In this document: positions 28,001-42,000 of the stretch, piece by piece
How the letters are laid out: each line of letters opens with the position of its first letter
How positions within the stretch are numbered: the stretch's first letter is position 1
Notes under the pieces: generated by a model
Databases searched by the model: none
Seen by the model: the letters and a program-made list of their open reading frames with translations, nothing else
What the model was told of the DNA's origin: nothing
DNA from: Eledone cirrhosa
Lineage: Eukaryota
Length of the DNA: 64,000 bases
Assembly (NCBI GenBank): GCA_964016885.1
Contig: OZ024741.1
Coordinates: 211,730,001 to 211,794,000, forward strand
Reading direction: 5' to 3'
Program-made: the position numbers and the translations under genes

Positions 28001-31000
28001 TGTTGTTATTGTTGTTGGTGTTGTCATTGTTGTTGATGTTGTCATTGTTGTTGATGTTGTCATTGTTGTTGATGTTGTTATTGTTGTTGGTGTTGTCATT
28101 GTTGTTGATGTTGTTATTGTTGTTGATGTTGTTATTGTTGTTGATGTTGTCATCGTTGTTGATGTTGTCATTGTTGTTGATGTTGTTATTGTTGTTGATG
28201 TTGTCATTGTTGTTGATGTTGTTATTGTTGGTGATGTTGTTATTGTTGATGTTGTTATTGTTGTTGATGTTGTCATTGTTGTTGATGTTGTTCTTGTTGT
28301 TGATGTTGTCATTGTTGTTGATGTTGTCATTGTTGTTGATGTTGTCATTGTTGTTGATGTTGTTATTGTTGTTGATGTTGTTATTGTTGTTGATGTTGTC
28401 ATTGTTGTTGATGTTGTCATTGTTGTTGATGTTGTTATTGTTGTTGATGTTGTTATTGTTTATGATGTTGTTATTGTTGTTGATGTTGTCATTGTTGTTG
28501 CTGTTGTTATTGTTGTTGATGTTGTTATTGTTGTTTGTCATTGTTGTTGATGTTGTCATTGATGTTGATGTTGTTATTGTTGTTGACGTTGTTCTTGTTG
28601 TTGATGTTGTCATTGTTATTGATGTTGTCATTGTTGTTGATGTTGTTATTGTTGTTGATGTTGTCATTGTTGTTGATGTTGTTATTGTTGTTGATGTTGT
28701 TATTGTTGATGTTGTTATTGTTGTTGATGTTATCATTGTTGTTGATGTTGATATCGTTGTTGATGTTGTTATTGTTGATGTTGTTATTGTTGTTGATGTT
28801 GTTATTGTTGTTGATGTTTTTATTGTTGTTGATGTTGTCATTGTTGTTGATGTTGTCATTGTTGTTGATGTTGTCATTGCTGTTGATGTTGTTATTGTTG
28901 TTGATGTTGTCATTGTTGTTGATGTTGTGTTGTTGATGTTTTCATTGTTGTTGATGTTGTTATTGTTGTTGTTGTTATTGTTGTTGATGTTGTTATTGTT
29001 GTTGATGTTGTCATTGTTGTTGATGTTGTTATTGTTGTTGATGTTGTTATTGTTGTTGATGTTGTTATTGTTGTTGTCATTGTTGTTGATGTTGTCATTG
29101 TTGTTGGTGTTGTCATTGTTGCTGGTGTTGTCATTGTTGTTGATGTTGTTATTGTTGTTGATGTTGTCATTGTTGTTGATGTTGTTATTGTTGTTGATGT
29201 TGTTATTGTTGTTGATATTTTCAATGTTGTTGATGTTGTTATTGATGTTGATGTTGTTATTGTTGTTGGTGTTGTCATTGTTGTTGATGTTGTTATTGTT
29301 GTTGATATTGTTATTGTTGTTGATGTTGTTATTGTTGTTGATGTTGTCATTGTCGTTGATGTTATTATTGTTGTTGATGTTCTCATTGTTGTTGATGTTG
29401 TTATTGTTGTTGGTGTTGTCATTGTTGTTGATGTTGTCATTGTTGTTGATGTTGTCATTGTTGTTGATGTTGTTGATGTTGTTGGTGTTGTCATTGTTGT
29501 TGATGTTGTTATTGTTGTTGATGTTGTTATTGTTGTTGATGTTGTCATCGTTGTTGATGTTGTCATTGTTGTTGATGTTGTTATTGTTGTTGATGTTGTC
29601 ATTGTTGTTGATGTTGTTATTGGTGGTGATGTTGTTATTGTTGATGTTGTTATTGTTGTTGATGTTGTCATTGTTGTTGATGTTGTTCTTGTTGTTGATG
29701 TTGTCATTGTTGTTGATGTTGTCATTGTTGTTGATGTTGTTATTGTTGTTGATGTTGTCATTGTTGTTGATGTTGTTATTGTTGTTGATGTTGTTATTGT
29801 TGATGTTGTTATTGTTGTTGATGTTATCATTGTTGTTGATGTTGATATCGTTGTTGATGTTGTTATTGTTGATGTTGTTATTGTTGTTGATGTTGTTATT
29901 GTTGTTGATGTTTTTATTGTTGTTGATGTTGTCATTGTTGTTGATGTTGTCATTGTTGTTGATGTTGTCATTGCTGTTGATGTTGTTATTGTTGTTGATG
30001 TTGTCATTGTTGTTGATGATGTGTTGTTGATGTTTTCATTGTTGTTGATGTTGTTATTGTTGTTGTTGTTGTTATTGTTGTTGATGTTGTTATTGTTGTT
30101 GATGTTGTCATTGTTGTTGATGTCGTTATTGTTGTTGATGTTGTTATTGTTGTTGATGTTGTTATTGTTGTTGTCATTGTTGTTGATGTTGTCATTGTTG
30201 TTGGTGTTGTCATTGTTGTTGATGTTGTTATTGTTGTTGATTTTTTATTGTTGTTGATGTTGTTATTGTTGTTGATGTTGTTATTGTTGTTGATGTTGTC
30301 ATTGTTGTTGATGTTGTTATTGGTGTTGATGTTGTTATTGTTGTTGATGTTGTCATTGTTGTTAATGTTGTTATTGTTGTTGATGTTGTTATTGTTGTTG
30401 ATGTTGTTATCGTCGTTGATGTTGTTATAGTTGTTGATGTTGTCATTGTTGTTGATGTTGTTACTGTTGTTGATGTTGTTATTGTTGTTGTCATTGTTGT
30501 TGATGTTGTCATTGTTGTTGGTGTTGTCATCGTTGTTGGTGTTGTCATTGTTGTTGATGTTGTTATTGTTGTTGATGTTGTCATTGTTGTTGATGTTGTC
30601 ATTGTTGTTGATGTTGTCATTGTTGTTCATGTTGTCATTATTGTTGATGTTGTTATTGTTGTTGATGTTGTTATTGTTGTTGATGTTGTCATTGTTGTTA
30701 ATGTTGTTATTGTTGTTGGTGTTGTCATTGTTGTTGATGTTGTCATTGTTGTTGATGTTGTTATTGTTGTTGATGTTGTTATTGTTTATGATGTTGTTAT
30801 TGTTGTTGATGTTGTCATTGTTGTTGATGTTGTTATTGTTGTTGATGTTGTTATTGTTGTTTGTCATTGTTGTTGATGTTGTCATTGATGTTGATGTTGT
30901 TATTGTTGTTGATGTTGTCATTGTTGTTGATGTTGTTATTGATGTTGATGTTGTTATTGATGTTGATGTTGTTATTGTTGTTGGTGTTGTCATTGTTGTT

Positions 31001-31310
31001 GATGTTGTTATTGTTGTTGATATTGTTATTGTTGTTGATGTTGTTATTGTTGTTGATGTTGTCATTGTCGTTGATGTTGTTATTGTTGTTGATGTTGTCA
31101 TTGTTGTTGATGTTGTTATTGTTGTTGGTGTTGTCATTGTTGTTGATGTTGTCATTGTTGTTGATGTTGTCATTGTTGTTGATGTTGTTATTGTTGTTGG
31201 TGTTGTCATTGTTGTTGATGTTGTTATTGTTGTTGATGTTGTTATTGTTGTTGATGTTGTCATCATTGTTGATGTTGTCATTGTTGTTGATGTTGTTATT
31301 GTTGTTGATG
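16080..31310 (+). repeat. Three tandem copies of a ~4.7-5.3 kb higher-order repeat (approx. 16.1-21.4, 21.4-26.0, 26.0-31.3 kb)
   Basis: Marker offsets are consistent: 18576/23263/28535, 18977/23664/28936, 20071/24758/30030, 20298/24985/30257 and 20902/25589/30861 (4687 and 5272 bp). The GCTGAT marker is at 16253/21543/26212. Shared private variants are GATGATGTGTTGTT and GTTACT (20501, 25188, 30460). Confidence 0.9.
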
Positions 31311-34300
31311 TTGTCATTGTTGTTGATGTTGTTATTGTTGGTGATGTTGTTATTGTTGATGTTGTTATTTTTGTTGATGTTGTCATTGTTGTTGATGTTG
31401 TTCTTGTTGTTGATGTTGTCATTGTTGTTGATGTTGTTATTGTTGTTGATGTTGTTATTGTTGATGTTGTTATTGTTGTTGATGTTATCATTGTTGTTGA
31501 TGTTGATATCGTTGTTGATGTTGTTATTGTTGATGTTGTTATTGTTGTTGATGTTGTTATTGTGGTTGATGTTTTTATTGTTGTTGATGTTGTCATTGTT
31601 GTTGATGTTGTCATTGTTGTTGATGTTGTCATTGCTGTTGATGTTGTTATTGTTGTTGATGTTGTCATTGTTCTTGATGTTGTGTTGTTGATGTTTTCAT
31701 TGTTGTTGATGTTGTTATTGTTGTTGTTGTTGTTATTGTTGTTGATGTTGTTATTGTTGTTGATGTTGTCATTGTTGTTGATGTTGTTATTGTTGTTGAT
31801 GTTGTTATTGTTGTTGATGTTGTTATTGTTGTTGTCATTGTTGTTGATGTTGTTATTGTTGTTGGTGTTGTCATTGTTGCTGGTGTTGTCATTGTTGTTG
31901 ATGTTGTTATTGTTGTTGATGTTGTCATTGTTGTTGATGTTGTTATTGTTGTTGATTTTGTTATTGTTGTTGATGTTGTTATTGTTGTTGATGTTGTTAT
32001 TGTTGTTGATGTTGTCATTGTTGTTGATGTTGTTATTGGTGTTGATGTTGTTATTGTTGTTGATGTTGTCATTGTTGTTAATGTTGTTATTGTTGTTGAT
32101 GTTGTTATTGTTGTTGATGTTGTTATCGTCGTTGATGTTGTTATAGTTGTTGATGTTGTCATTGTTGTTGATGTTGTTATTGTTGTTGATGTTGTTATTG
32201 TTGTTGATGCTGTATTTGTTGTTGATGTTGTTATTGTTGTTGATGTTGTTATTGTTGTTGATGTTGATGTTGTTATTGTTGTTGATGTTGTTATTGTTGT
32301 TGTCATTGTTGTTGATGTTGTCATTGTTGTTGGTGTTGTCATCGTTGTTGGTGTTGTCATTGTTGTTGATGTTGATATTGTTGTTGATGTTGTCATTGTT
32401 GTTGATGTTGTCATTGTTGTTGATGTTGTCATTGTTGTTCATGTTGTCATTATTGTTGATGTTGTTATTGTTGTTGATGTTGTTATTGTTGTTGATGTTG
32501 TCATTGTTGTTGATGTTTTCATTGTTGTTGATGTTGTTATTGTTGTTGATGTTGTTATTGTTGTTGGTGTTGTCATTGTTGTTGATGTTGTTATTGTTGT
32601 TGATGTTGTTATTGTTGTTGATGTTGTTATTGTTGTTGATGTTGTCATTGTTGTTGATGTTGTTATTGTTGTTGATGTTGTCATTGTTGTTGATGTTGTT
32701 ATTGTTGTTGGTGTTGTCATTGTTGTTGATGTTGTTATTGTTGTTGATGTTGTTATTGTTGCTGATGTTGTCATCGTTGTTGATGTTCTCATTGTTGTTG
32801 ATGTTGTTATTGTTGTTGATGTTGTCATTGTTGTTGATGTTGTTATTGTTGTTGATGTTGTCATTGTTGTTGATGTTATTGTTGTTGATGTTGCTATTGT
32901 TGTTGATTTTTTTATCGTCGTTGATGTTGTTATAGTTGTTGATGTTGTCATTGTTGTTGATGTTGTTATTGTCGTTGATGTTGTCATTGTTGTTGATGTT
33001 GTCATTGTTGTTGATGTTGTTATTGTTGTTGATGTTGTTATTGTTGTTGATGTTGTCATTGTTGTTGATGTTGTCATTGTTGTTCATGTTGTCATTATTG
33101 TTGATGTTGTTATTGTTGTTGATGTTGTTATTGTTGTTGATGCTGTATTTGTTGTTGATGTTGTTATTGTTGTTGATGTTGTTATTGTTGTTGATGTTGA
33201 TGTTGTTATTGTTGTTGATGTTGTTATTGTTGTTGTCATTGTTGTTGATGTTGTCATTGTTGTTGGTGTTGTCATCGTTGTTGGTGTTGTCATTGTTGTT
33301 GATGTTGATATTGTTGTTGATGTTGTCATTGTTGTTGATGTTGTCATTGTTGTTGATGTTGTCATTGTTGTTGATGTTGTCATTGTTGTTCATGTTGTCA
33401 TTATTGTTGATGTTGTTATTGTTGTTGATGTTGTTATTGTTGTTGATGTTGTCATTGTTGTTAATGTTGTTATTGTTGTTGGTGTTGTCATTGTTGTTGA
33501 TGTTGTCATTGTTGTTGATGTTGTTATTGTTGTTGATGTTGTTATTGTTTATGATGTTGTTATTGTTGTTGATGTTGTCATTGTTGTTGATGTTGTTATT
33601 GTTGTTGATGTTGTTATTGTTGTTTGTCATTGTTGTTGATGTTGTCATTGATGTTGATGTTGTTATTGTTGTTGATGTTGTCATTGTTGTTGATGTTGTT
33701 ATTGTTGTTGATATTTTCAATGTTGTTGATGTTGTTATTGATGTTGATGTTGTTATTGATGTTGATGTTGTTATTGTTGTTGGTGTTGTCATTGTTGTTG
33801 ATGTTGTTATTGTTGTTGATATTGTTATTGTTGTTGATGTTGTTATTGTTGTTGATGTTGTCATTGTCGTTGATGTTGTTATTGTTGTTGATGTTGTCAT
33901 TGTTGTTGATGTTGTTATTGTTGTTGGTGTTGTCATTGTTGTTGATGTTGTCATTGTTGTTGATGTTGTCATTGTTGTTGATGTTGTTATTGTTGTTGGT
34001 GTTGTCATTGTTGTTGATGTTGTTATTGTTGTTGATGTTGTTATTGTTGTTGATGTTGTCATCATTGTTGATGTTGTCATTGTTGTTGATGTTGTTATTG
34101 TTGTTGATGTTGTCATTGTTGTTGATGTTGTTATTGTTGGTGATGTTGTTATTGTTGATGTTGTTATTGTTGTTGATGTTGTCATTGTTGTTGATGTTGT
34201 TCTTGTTGTTGATGTTGTCATTGTTGTTGATGTTGTCATTGTTGTTGATGTTGTTATTGTTGTTGATGTTGTCATTGTTGTTGATGTTGTTATTGTTGTT

Positions 34301-35950
34301 GATGTTGTTATTGTTGATGTTGTTATTGTTGTTGATGTTATCATTGTTGTTGATGTTGATATCGTTGTTGATGTTGTTATTGTTGATGTTGTTATTGTTG
34401 TTGATGTTGTTATTGTTGTTGATGTTTTTATTGTTGTTGATGTTGTCATTGTTGTTGATGTTGTCATTGTTGTTGATGTTGTCATTGCTGTTGATGTTGT
34501 TATTGTTGTTGATGTTGTCATTGTTGTTGATGTTGTGTTGTTGATGTTTTCATTGTTGTTGATGTTGTTATTGTTGTTGTTGTTGTTATTGTTGTTGATG
34601 TTGTTATTGTTGTTGATGTTGTCATTGTTGTTGATGTTGTTATTGTTGTTGATGTTGTTATTGTTGTTGATGTTGTTATTGTTGTTGTCATTGTTGTTGA
34701 TGTTGTTATTGTTGTTGGTGTTGTCATTGTTGCTGGTGTTGTCATTGTTGTTGATGTTGTTATTGTTGTTGATGTTGTCATTGTTGTTGATGTTGTTATT
34801 GTTGTTGATTTTGTTATTGTTGTTGATGTTGTTATTGTTGTTGATGTTGTTATTGTTGTTGATGTTGTCATTGTTGTTGATGTTGTCATTGTTGTTAATG
34901 TTGTTATTGTTGTTGATGTTGTTATTGTTGTTGATGTTGTTATCGTCGTTGATGTTGTTATAGTTGTTGATGTTGTCATTGTTGTTGATGTTGTTATTGT
35001 TGTTGATGTTGTTATTGTTGTTGATGCTGTATTTGTTGTTGATGTTGTTATTGTTGTTGATGTTGTTATTGTTGTTGATGTTGATGTTGTTATTGTTGTT
35101 GATGTTGTTATTGTTGTTGTCATTGTTGTTGATGTTGTCATTGTTGTTGGTGTTGTCATCGTTGTTGGTGTTGTCATTGTTGTTGATGTTGATATTGTTG
35201 TTGATGTTGTCATTGTTGTTGATGTTGTCATTGTTGTTGATGTTGTCATTGTTGTTCATGTTGTCATTATTGTTGATGTTGTTATTGTTGTTGATGTTGT
35301 TATTGTTGTTGATGTTGTCATTGTTGTTGATGTTTTCATTGTTGTTGATGTTGTTATTGTTGTTGATGTTGTTATTGTTGTTGGTGTTGTCATTGTTGTT
35401 GATGTTGTTATTGTTGTTGATGTTGTTATTGTTGTTGATGTTGTTATTGTTGTTGATGTTGTCATTGTTGTTGATGTTGTTATTGTTGTTGATGTTGTCA
35501 TTGTTGTTGATGTTGTTATTGTTGTTGGTGTTGTCATTGTTGTTGATGTTGTTATTGTTGTTGATGTTGTTATTGTTGCTGATGTTGTCATCGTTGTTGA
35601 TGTTCTCATTGTTGTTGATGTTGTTATTGTTGTTGATGTTGTCATTGTTGTTGATGTTGTTATTGTTGTTGATGTTGTCATTGTTGTTGATGTTATTGTT
35701 GTTGATGTTGCTATTGTTGTTGATTTTTTTATCGTCGTTGATGTTGTTATAGTTGTTGATGTTGTCATTGTTGTTGATGTTGTTATTGTCGTTGATGTTG
35801 TCATTGTTGTTGATGTTGTCATTGTTGTTGATGTTGTTATTGTTGTTGATGTTGTTATTGTTGTTGATGTTGTCATTGTTGTTGATGTTGTCATTGTTGT
35901 TCATGTTGTCATTATTGTTGATGTTGTTATTGTTGTTGATGTTGTTATTG
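30430..35950 (+). repeat. Two tandem copies of a ~2.8 kb higher-order repeat
   Basis: ORFs 32147..32935 vs 34964..35752 and 32439..33077 vs 35256..35894 match at offset 2817. Indel markers are at 30861/33624 and 31691/34544. Confidence 0.75.
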
Positions 35951-36039
35951 TTGTTGATGTTGTCATTGTTGTTGATGGTTTCATTGTTGTTGATGTTGTT
36001 ATTGTTGTTGATGTTGTTATTGTTGTTGGTGTTGTCATT

Positions 36040-39000
36040 GTTGTTGATGTTGTTATTGTTGTTGATGTTGTTATTGTTGTTGATGTTGTTATTGTTGTTG
36101 ATGTTGTTATTGTTGTTGATGTTGTTAATGTTGTTGATGTTGTTATTGTTGTTGATGTTGTCATTGTTGTTGATGTTGTTATTGTTGTTGATGTTGTCAT
36201 TCTTGTTGATGTTGTCATTGTTGTTGGTGTTGTCATTGTTGTTGATGTTGTTATTGTTTATGATATTGTAATTGTTGTTGATGTTGTCATTGTTGTTGAT
36301 GTTGTTATTGTTGTTGATGTTGTTATTGTTGTTGATGTTGTCATTGTTGTTGATGTTGTCATTGTTGTTGATGTTGTTATTGTTGTTGATGTTGTCATTG
36401 TTGTTGATGTTGTTATTGTTGTTGATGTTGTTATTGTTGTTGATGTTGTCATTGTTGTTGATGTTGTTATTATTGTTGATGTTGTTATTGTTGTTGATGT
36501 TGTTATTGTTGTTGATGTTGTTATTGTTGTTGATGTTGTTATTGTGGTTGATGTTGTTATTGTTGATGTTGTTATTGTTGTTGATGTTGTCATTGTTGTT
36601 GATGTTGTTATCGTTGTTGATGTTGTTATTGTTGATGTTGTTATTGTTGTTGATGTTGTTATTGTTGTTGATGTTGTCATTGTTGTTGATGTTGTCATTG
36701 TTGTTGATGTTTTCATTGTTGTTGATGTTGTTATTGTTGTTGATGTTGTTATTGTTGTTGATGTTGTCATTGTTGTTGGTGTTTTCATTGTTGTCGATGT
36801 TGTTATTGTTGTTGATGTTGTTATTGTTGTTGGTGTTGTCATTGTTATTGATGTTGTTATTTTTGTTGGTGTTGTCATTGTTGTTGATGTTGTTATTGTT
36901 GTTGATGTTGTCATTGTTGTTGATGTTGTTATTGTTGTTGATGTTGTTATTGTTGGTGATGTTGTTATTGTTGATGTTGTTATTGTTGTTGATGTTGTCA
37001 TTGTTGTTGATGTTGTTATTTTTGTTGGTGTTGTCATTGTTGTTGATGTTGTTATTGTTGTTGATGTTGTCATTGTTGTTGATGTTGATATCGTTGTTGA
37101 TGTTGTTATTGTTGATGTTGTTATTGTTGTTGATGTTGTTATTGTTGTTGATGTTGTTATTGTTGTTGATGTTGTCATTGTTGTTGATGTTGTCATTGTT
37201 GTTGATGTTGTCATTGTTGTTGATGTTGTTATTGTTGTTGATGTTGTCATTGTTGTTGATGTTCTCATTGTTGTTGATGTTTTCATTGTTGTTGATGTTG
37301 TTATTGTTGTTGATGTTGTTATTGTTGTTGATGTTGTTATTGTTGTTGATGTTGTCATTGTTGTTGATGTTGTTATTGTTGTTGATGTCGTTATTGTTGT
37401 TGATGTTGTTATTGTTGTTGATGTTGTTATTGTTGTTGATGTTGTCATTGTTGTTGATGTTGTTATTGTTGTTGATGTTGTTATTGTTGTTGATGTTGTT
37501 ATTGTTGATGTTGTTATTGCTGTTGATGTTGTCATTGTTGTTGATGTTGTTATTGTCGTTGATGTTGTCATTGTTGTTGATGTTGTCATTGTTGTTGATG
37601 TTGTTATTGTTGTTGATGTTGTTATTGTTGTTGATGTTGTCATTGTTGTTGATGTTGTCATTGTTGTTGATGTTGTCATTATTGTTGATGTTGTTATTGT
37701 TGTTGATGTTGTTATTGATGTTGATGTTGTCATTGTTGTTGATGTTTTCATTCTTGTTGATGTTTTTATTGTTGTTGATGTTGTTATTGTTGTTGGTGTT
37801 GTCATTGTTGTTGATGTTGTTATTGTTGTTGATGTTGTGATTGTTGTTGATGTTGTTATTGTTGTTGATGTTGTCATTGTTATTGATGTTGTTATTGTTG
37901 TTGATGTTGTTATTGTTGTTGATGTTGTTATTGTTGTTGATGTTGTCATTGTTGTTGATGTTGTTATTGTTGTTGATGATGTCATTGTTGTTGATGTTGT
38001 TATTGTTGTTGGTGTTGTCATTGTTGTTGATGTTGTTATTGTTGTTGATGTTGTTATTGTTGTTGATGTTGTCATTGTTGTTGACGTTGTCATTGTTGTT
38101 GATGTTGTTATTGTTGTTGATGTTGTCATTGTTGCTGATGTTGTTATTGTTGTTGGTGTTGTCATTGTTGTTGATGATGTTATTGTTGTTGATGTTGTTA
38201 TTGTTGTTGATGTTGTCATTGTTGTTGATGTTGTCATTGTTGTTGATGTTGTTATTGTTGTTGATGTTGTTATTGTTGTTGATGTTGTTATTGTTGTTGA
38301 TGTTGTCATTGTTGTTGATGTTGTTATTGTTGTTGATGTTGTCATTCTTGTTGATGTTGTCATTGTTGTTGGTGTTGTCATTGTTGTTGATGTTGTTATT
38401 GTTTATGATATTGTAATTGTTGTTGATGTTGTCATTGTTGTTGATGTTGTTATTGTTGTTGATGTTGTTATTGTTGTTGATGTTGTCATTGTTGTTGATG
38501 TTGTCATTGTTGTTGATGTTGTTATTGTTGTTGATGTTGTCATTGTTGTTGATGTTGTTATTGTTGTTGATGTTGTTATTGTTGTTGATGTTGTCATTGT
38601 TGTTGATGTTGTTATTATTGTTGATGTTGTTATTGTTGTTGATGTTGTTATTGTTGTTGATGTTGTTATTGTTGTTGATGTTGTTATTGTGGTTGATGTT
38701 GTTATTGTTGATGTTGTTATTGTTGTTGATGTTGTCATTGTTGTTGATGTTGTTATCGTTGTTGATGTTGTTATTGTTGATGTTGTTATTGTTGTTGATG
38801 TTGTTATTGTTGTTGATGTTGTCATTGTTGTTGATGTTGTCATTGTTGTTGATGTTTTCATTGTTGTTGATGTTGTTATTGTTGTTGATGTTGTTATTGT
38901 TGTTGATGTTGTCATTGTTGTTGGTGTTTTCATTGTTGTCGATGTTGTTATTGTTGTTGATGTTGTTATTGTTGTTGGTGTTGTCATTGTTATTGATGTT

Positions 39001-42000
39001 GTTATTTTTGTTGGTGTTGTCATTGTTGTTGATGTTGTTATTGTTGTTGATGTTGTCATTGTTGTTGATGTTGTTATTGTTGTTGATGTTGTTATTGTTG
39101 GTGATGTTGTTATTGTTGATGTTGTTATTGTTGTTGATGTTGTCATTGTTGTTGATGTTGTTATTTTTGTTGGTGTTGTCATTGTTGTTGATGTTGTTAT
39201 TGTTGTTGATGTTGTCATTGTTGTTGATGTTGATATCGTTGTTGATGTTGTTATTGTTGATGTTGTTATTGTTGTTGATGTTGTTATTGTTGTTGATGTT
39301 GTTATTGTTGTTGATGTTGTCATTGTTGTTGATGTTGTCATTGTTGTTGATGTTGTCATTGTTGTTGATGTTGTTATTGTTGTTGATGTTGTCATTGTTG
39401 TTGATGTTCTCATTGTTGTTGATGTTTTCATTGTTGTTGATGTTGTTATTGTTGTTGATGTTGTTATTGTTGTTGATGTTGTTATTGTTGTTGATGTTGT
39501 CATTGTTGTTGATGTTGTTATTGTTGTTGATGTTGATATTGTTGTTGATGTTGTTATTGTTGTTGTCATTGTTGTTGATGTTGTCATTGTTGTTGGTGTT
39601 GTCATTGTTGTTGGTGTTGTCATTGTTGTTGATGTTGTTATTGTTGTTGATGTTGTTATTGTTGTTGATGTTGTTATTGTTGTTGGTGTCGTTATTGTTG
39701 TTGATGTTGTTATTGTTGTTGATGTTGTTATTGTTGTTGATGTTGTCATTGTTGTTGATGTTGTTATTGTTGTTGATGTTGTTATTGTTGTTGATGTTGT
39801 TATTGTTGTTGATGTTGTTATTGTTGTTGATGTTGTTATTGTTGTTGATGTTGTTATTGTTGATGTTGTTATTGCTGTTGATGTTGTCATTGTTGTTGAT
39901 GTTGTTATTGTCGTTGATGTTGTCATTGTTGTTGATGTTGTCATTGTTGTTGATGTTGTTATTGTTGTTGATGTTGTTATTGTTGTTGATGTTGTTATTG
40001 TTGTTGATGTTGTTATTGTTGTTGATGTTGTTAATGTTGTTGATGTTGTTATTGTTGTTGATGTTGTCATTGTTGTTGATGTTGTTATTGTTGTTGATGT
40101 TGTCATTCTTGTTGATGTTGTCATTGTTGTTGGTGTTGTCATTGTTGTTGATGTTGTTATTGTTTATGATATTGTAATTGTTGTTGATGTTGTCATTGTT
40201 GTTGATGTTGTTATTGTTGTTGATGTTGTTATTGTTGTTGATGTTGTCATTGTTGTTGATGTTGTCATTGTTGTTGATGTTGTTATTGTTGTTGATGTTG
40301 TCATTGTTGTTGATGTTGTTATTGTTGTTGATGTTGTTATTGTTGTTGATGTTGTCATTGTTGTTGATGTTGTTATTATTGTTGATGTTGTTATTGTTGT
40401 TGATGTTGTTATTGTTGTTGATGTTGTTATTGTTGTTGATGTTGTTATTGTGGTTGATGTTGTTATTGTTGATGTTGTTATTGTTGTTGATGTTGTCATT
40501 GTTGTTGATGTTGTTATCGTTGTTGATGTTGTTATTGTTGATGTTGTTATTGTTGTTGATGTTGTTATTGTTGTTGATGTTGTCATTGTTGTTGATGTTG
40601 TCATTGTTGTTGATGTTTTCATTGTTGTTGATGTTGTTATTGTTGTTGATGTTGTTATTGTTGTTGATGTTGTCATTGTTGTTGGTGTTTTCATTGTTGT
40701 CGATGTTGTTATTGTTGTTGATGTTGTTATTGTTGTTGGTGTTGTCATTGTTATTGATGTTGTTATTTTTGTTGGTGTTGTCATTGTTGTTGATGTTGTT
40801 ATTGTTGTTGATGTTGTCATTGTTGTTGATGTTGTTATTGTTGTTGATGTTGTTATTGTTGGTGATGTTGTTATTGTTGATGTTGTTATTGTTGTTGATG
40901 TTGTCATTGTTGTTGATGTTGTTATTTTTGTTGGTGTTGTCATTGTTGTTGATGTTGTTATTGTTGTTGATGTTGTCATTGTTGTTGATGTTGATATCGT
41001 TGTTGATGTTGTTATTGTTGATGTTGTTATTGTTGTTGATGTTGTTATTGTTGTTGATGTTGTTATTGTTGTTGATGTTGTCATTGTTGTTGATGTTGTC
41101 ATTGTTGTTGATGTTGTCATTGTTGTTGATGTTGTTATTGTTGTTGATGTTGTCATTGTTGTTGATGTTCTCATTGTTGTTGATGTTTTCATTGTTGTTG
41201 ATGTTGTTATTGTTGTTGATGTTGTTATTGTTGTTGATGTTGTTATTGTTGTTGATGTTGTCATTGTTGTTGATGTTGTTATTGTTGTTGATGTCGTTAT
41301 TGTTGTTGATGTTGTTATTGTTGTTGATGTTGTTATTGTTGTTGATGTTGTCATTGTTGTTGATGTTGTTATTGTTGTTGATGTTGTTATTGTTGTTGAT
41401 GTTGTTATTGTTGATGTTGTTATTGCTGTTGATGTTGTCATTGTTGTTGATGTTGTTATTGTCGTTGATGTTGTCATTGTTGTTGATGTTGTCATTGTTG
41501 TTGATGTTGTTATTGTTGTTGATGTTGTTATTGTTGTTGATGTTGTCATTGTTGTTGATGTTGTCATTGTTGTTGATGTTGTCATTATTGTTGATGTTGT
41601 TATTGTTGTTGATGTTGTTATTGATGTTGATGTTGTCATTGTTGTTGATGTTTTCATTCTTGTTGATGTTTTTATTGTTGTTGATGTTGTTATTGTTGTT
41701 GGTGTTGTCATTGTTGTTGATGTTGTTATTGTTGTTGATGTTGTGATTGTTGTTGATGTTGTTATTGTTGTTGATGTTGTCATTGTTATTGATGTTGTTA
41801 TTGTTGTTGATGTTGTTATTGTTGTTGATGTTGTTATTGTTGTTGATGTTGTCATTGTTGTTGATGTTGTTATTGTTGTTGATGATGTCATTGTTGTTGA
41901 TGTTGTTATTGTTGTTGGTGTTGTCATTGTTGTTGATGTTGTTATTGTTGTTGATGTTGTTATTGTTGTTGATGTTGTCATTGTTGTTGACGTTGTCATT

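Noticed and set aside
120-34550. Compensating -5/-4 deletions as selection for reading frame or a programmed phase-variation system
   Set aside because: Alternation is inconsistent: there are runs of B only (1-5 kb, 45-53 kb) and five consecutive A-type deletions (54-64 kb). Block duplication explains the pattern.
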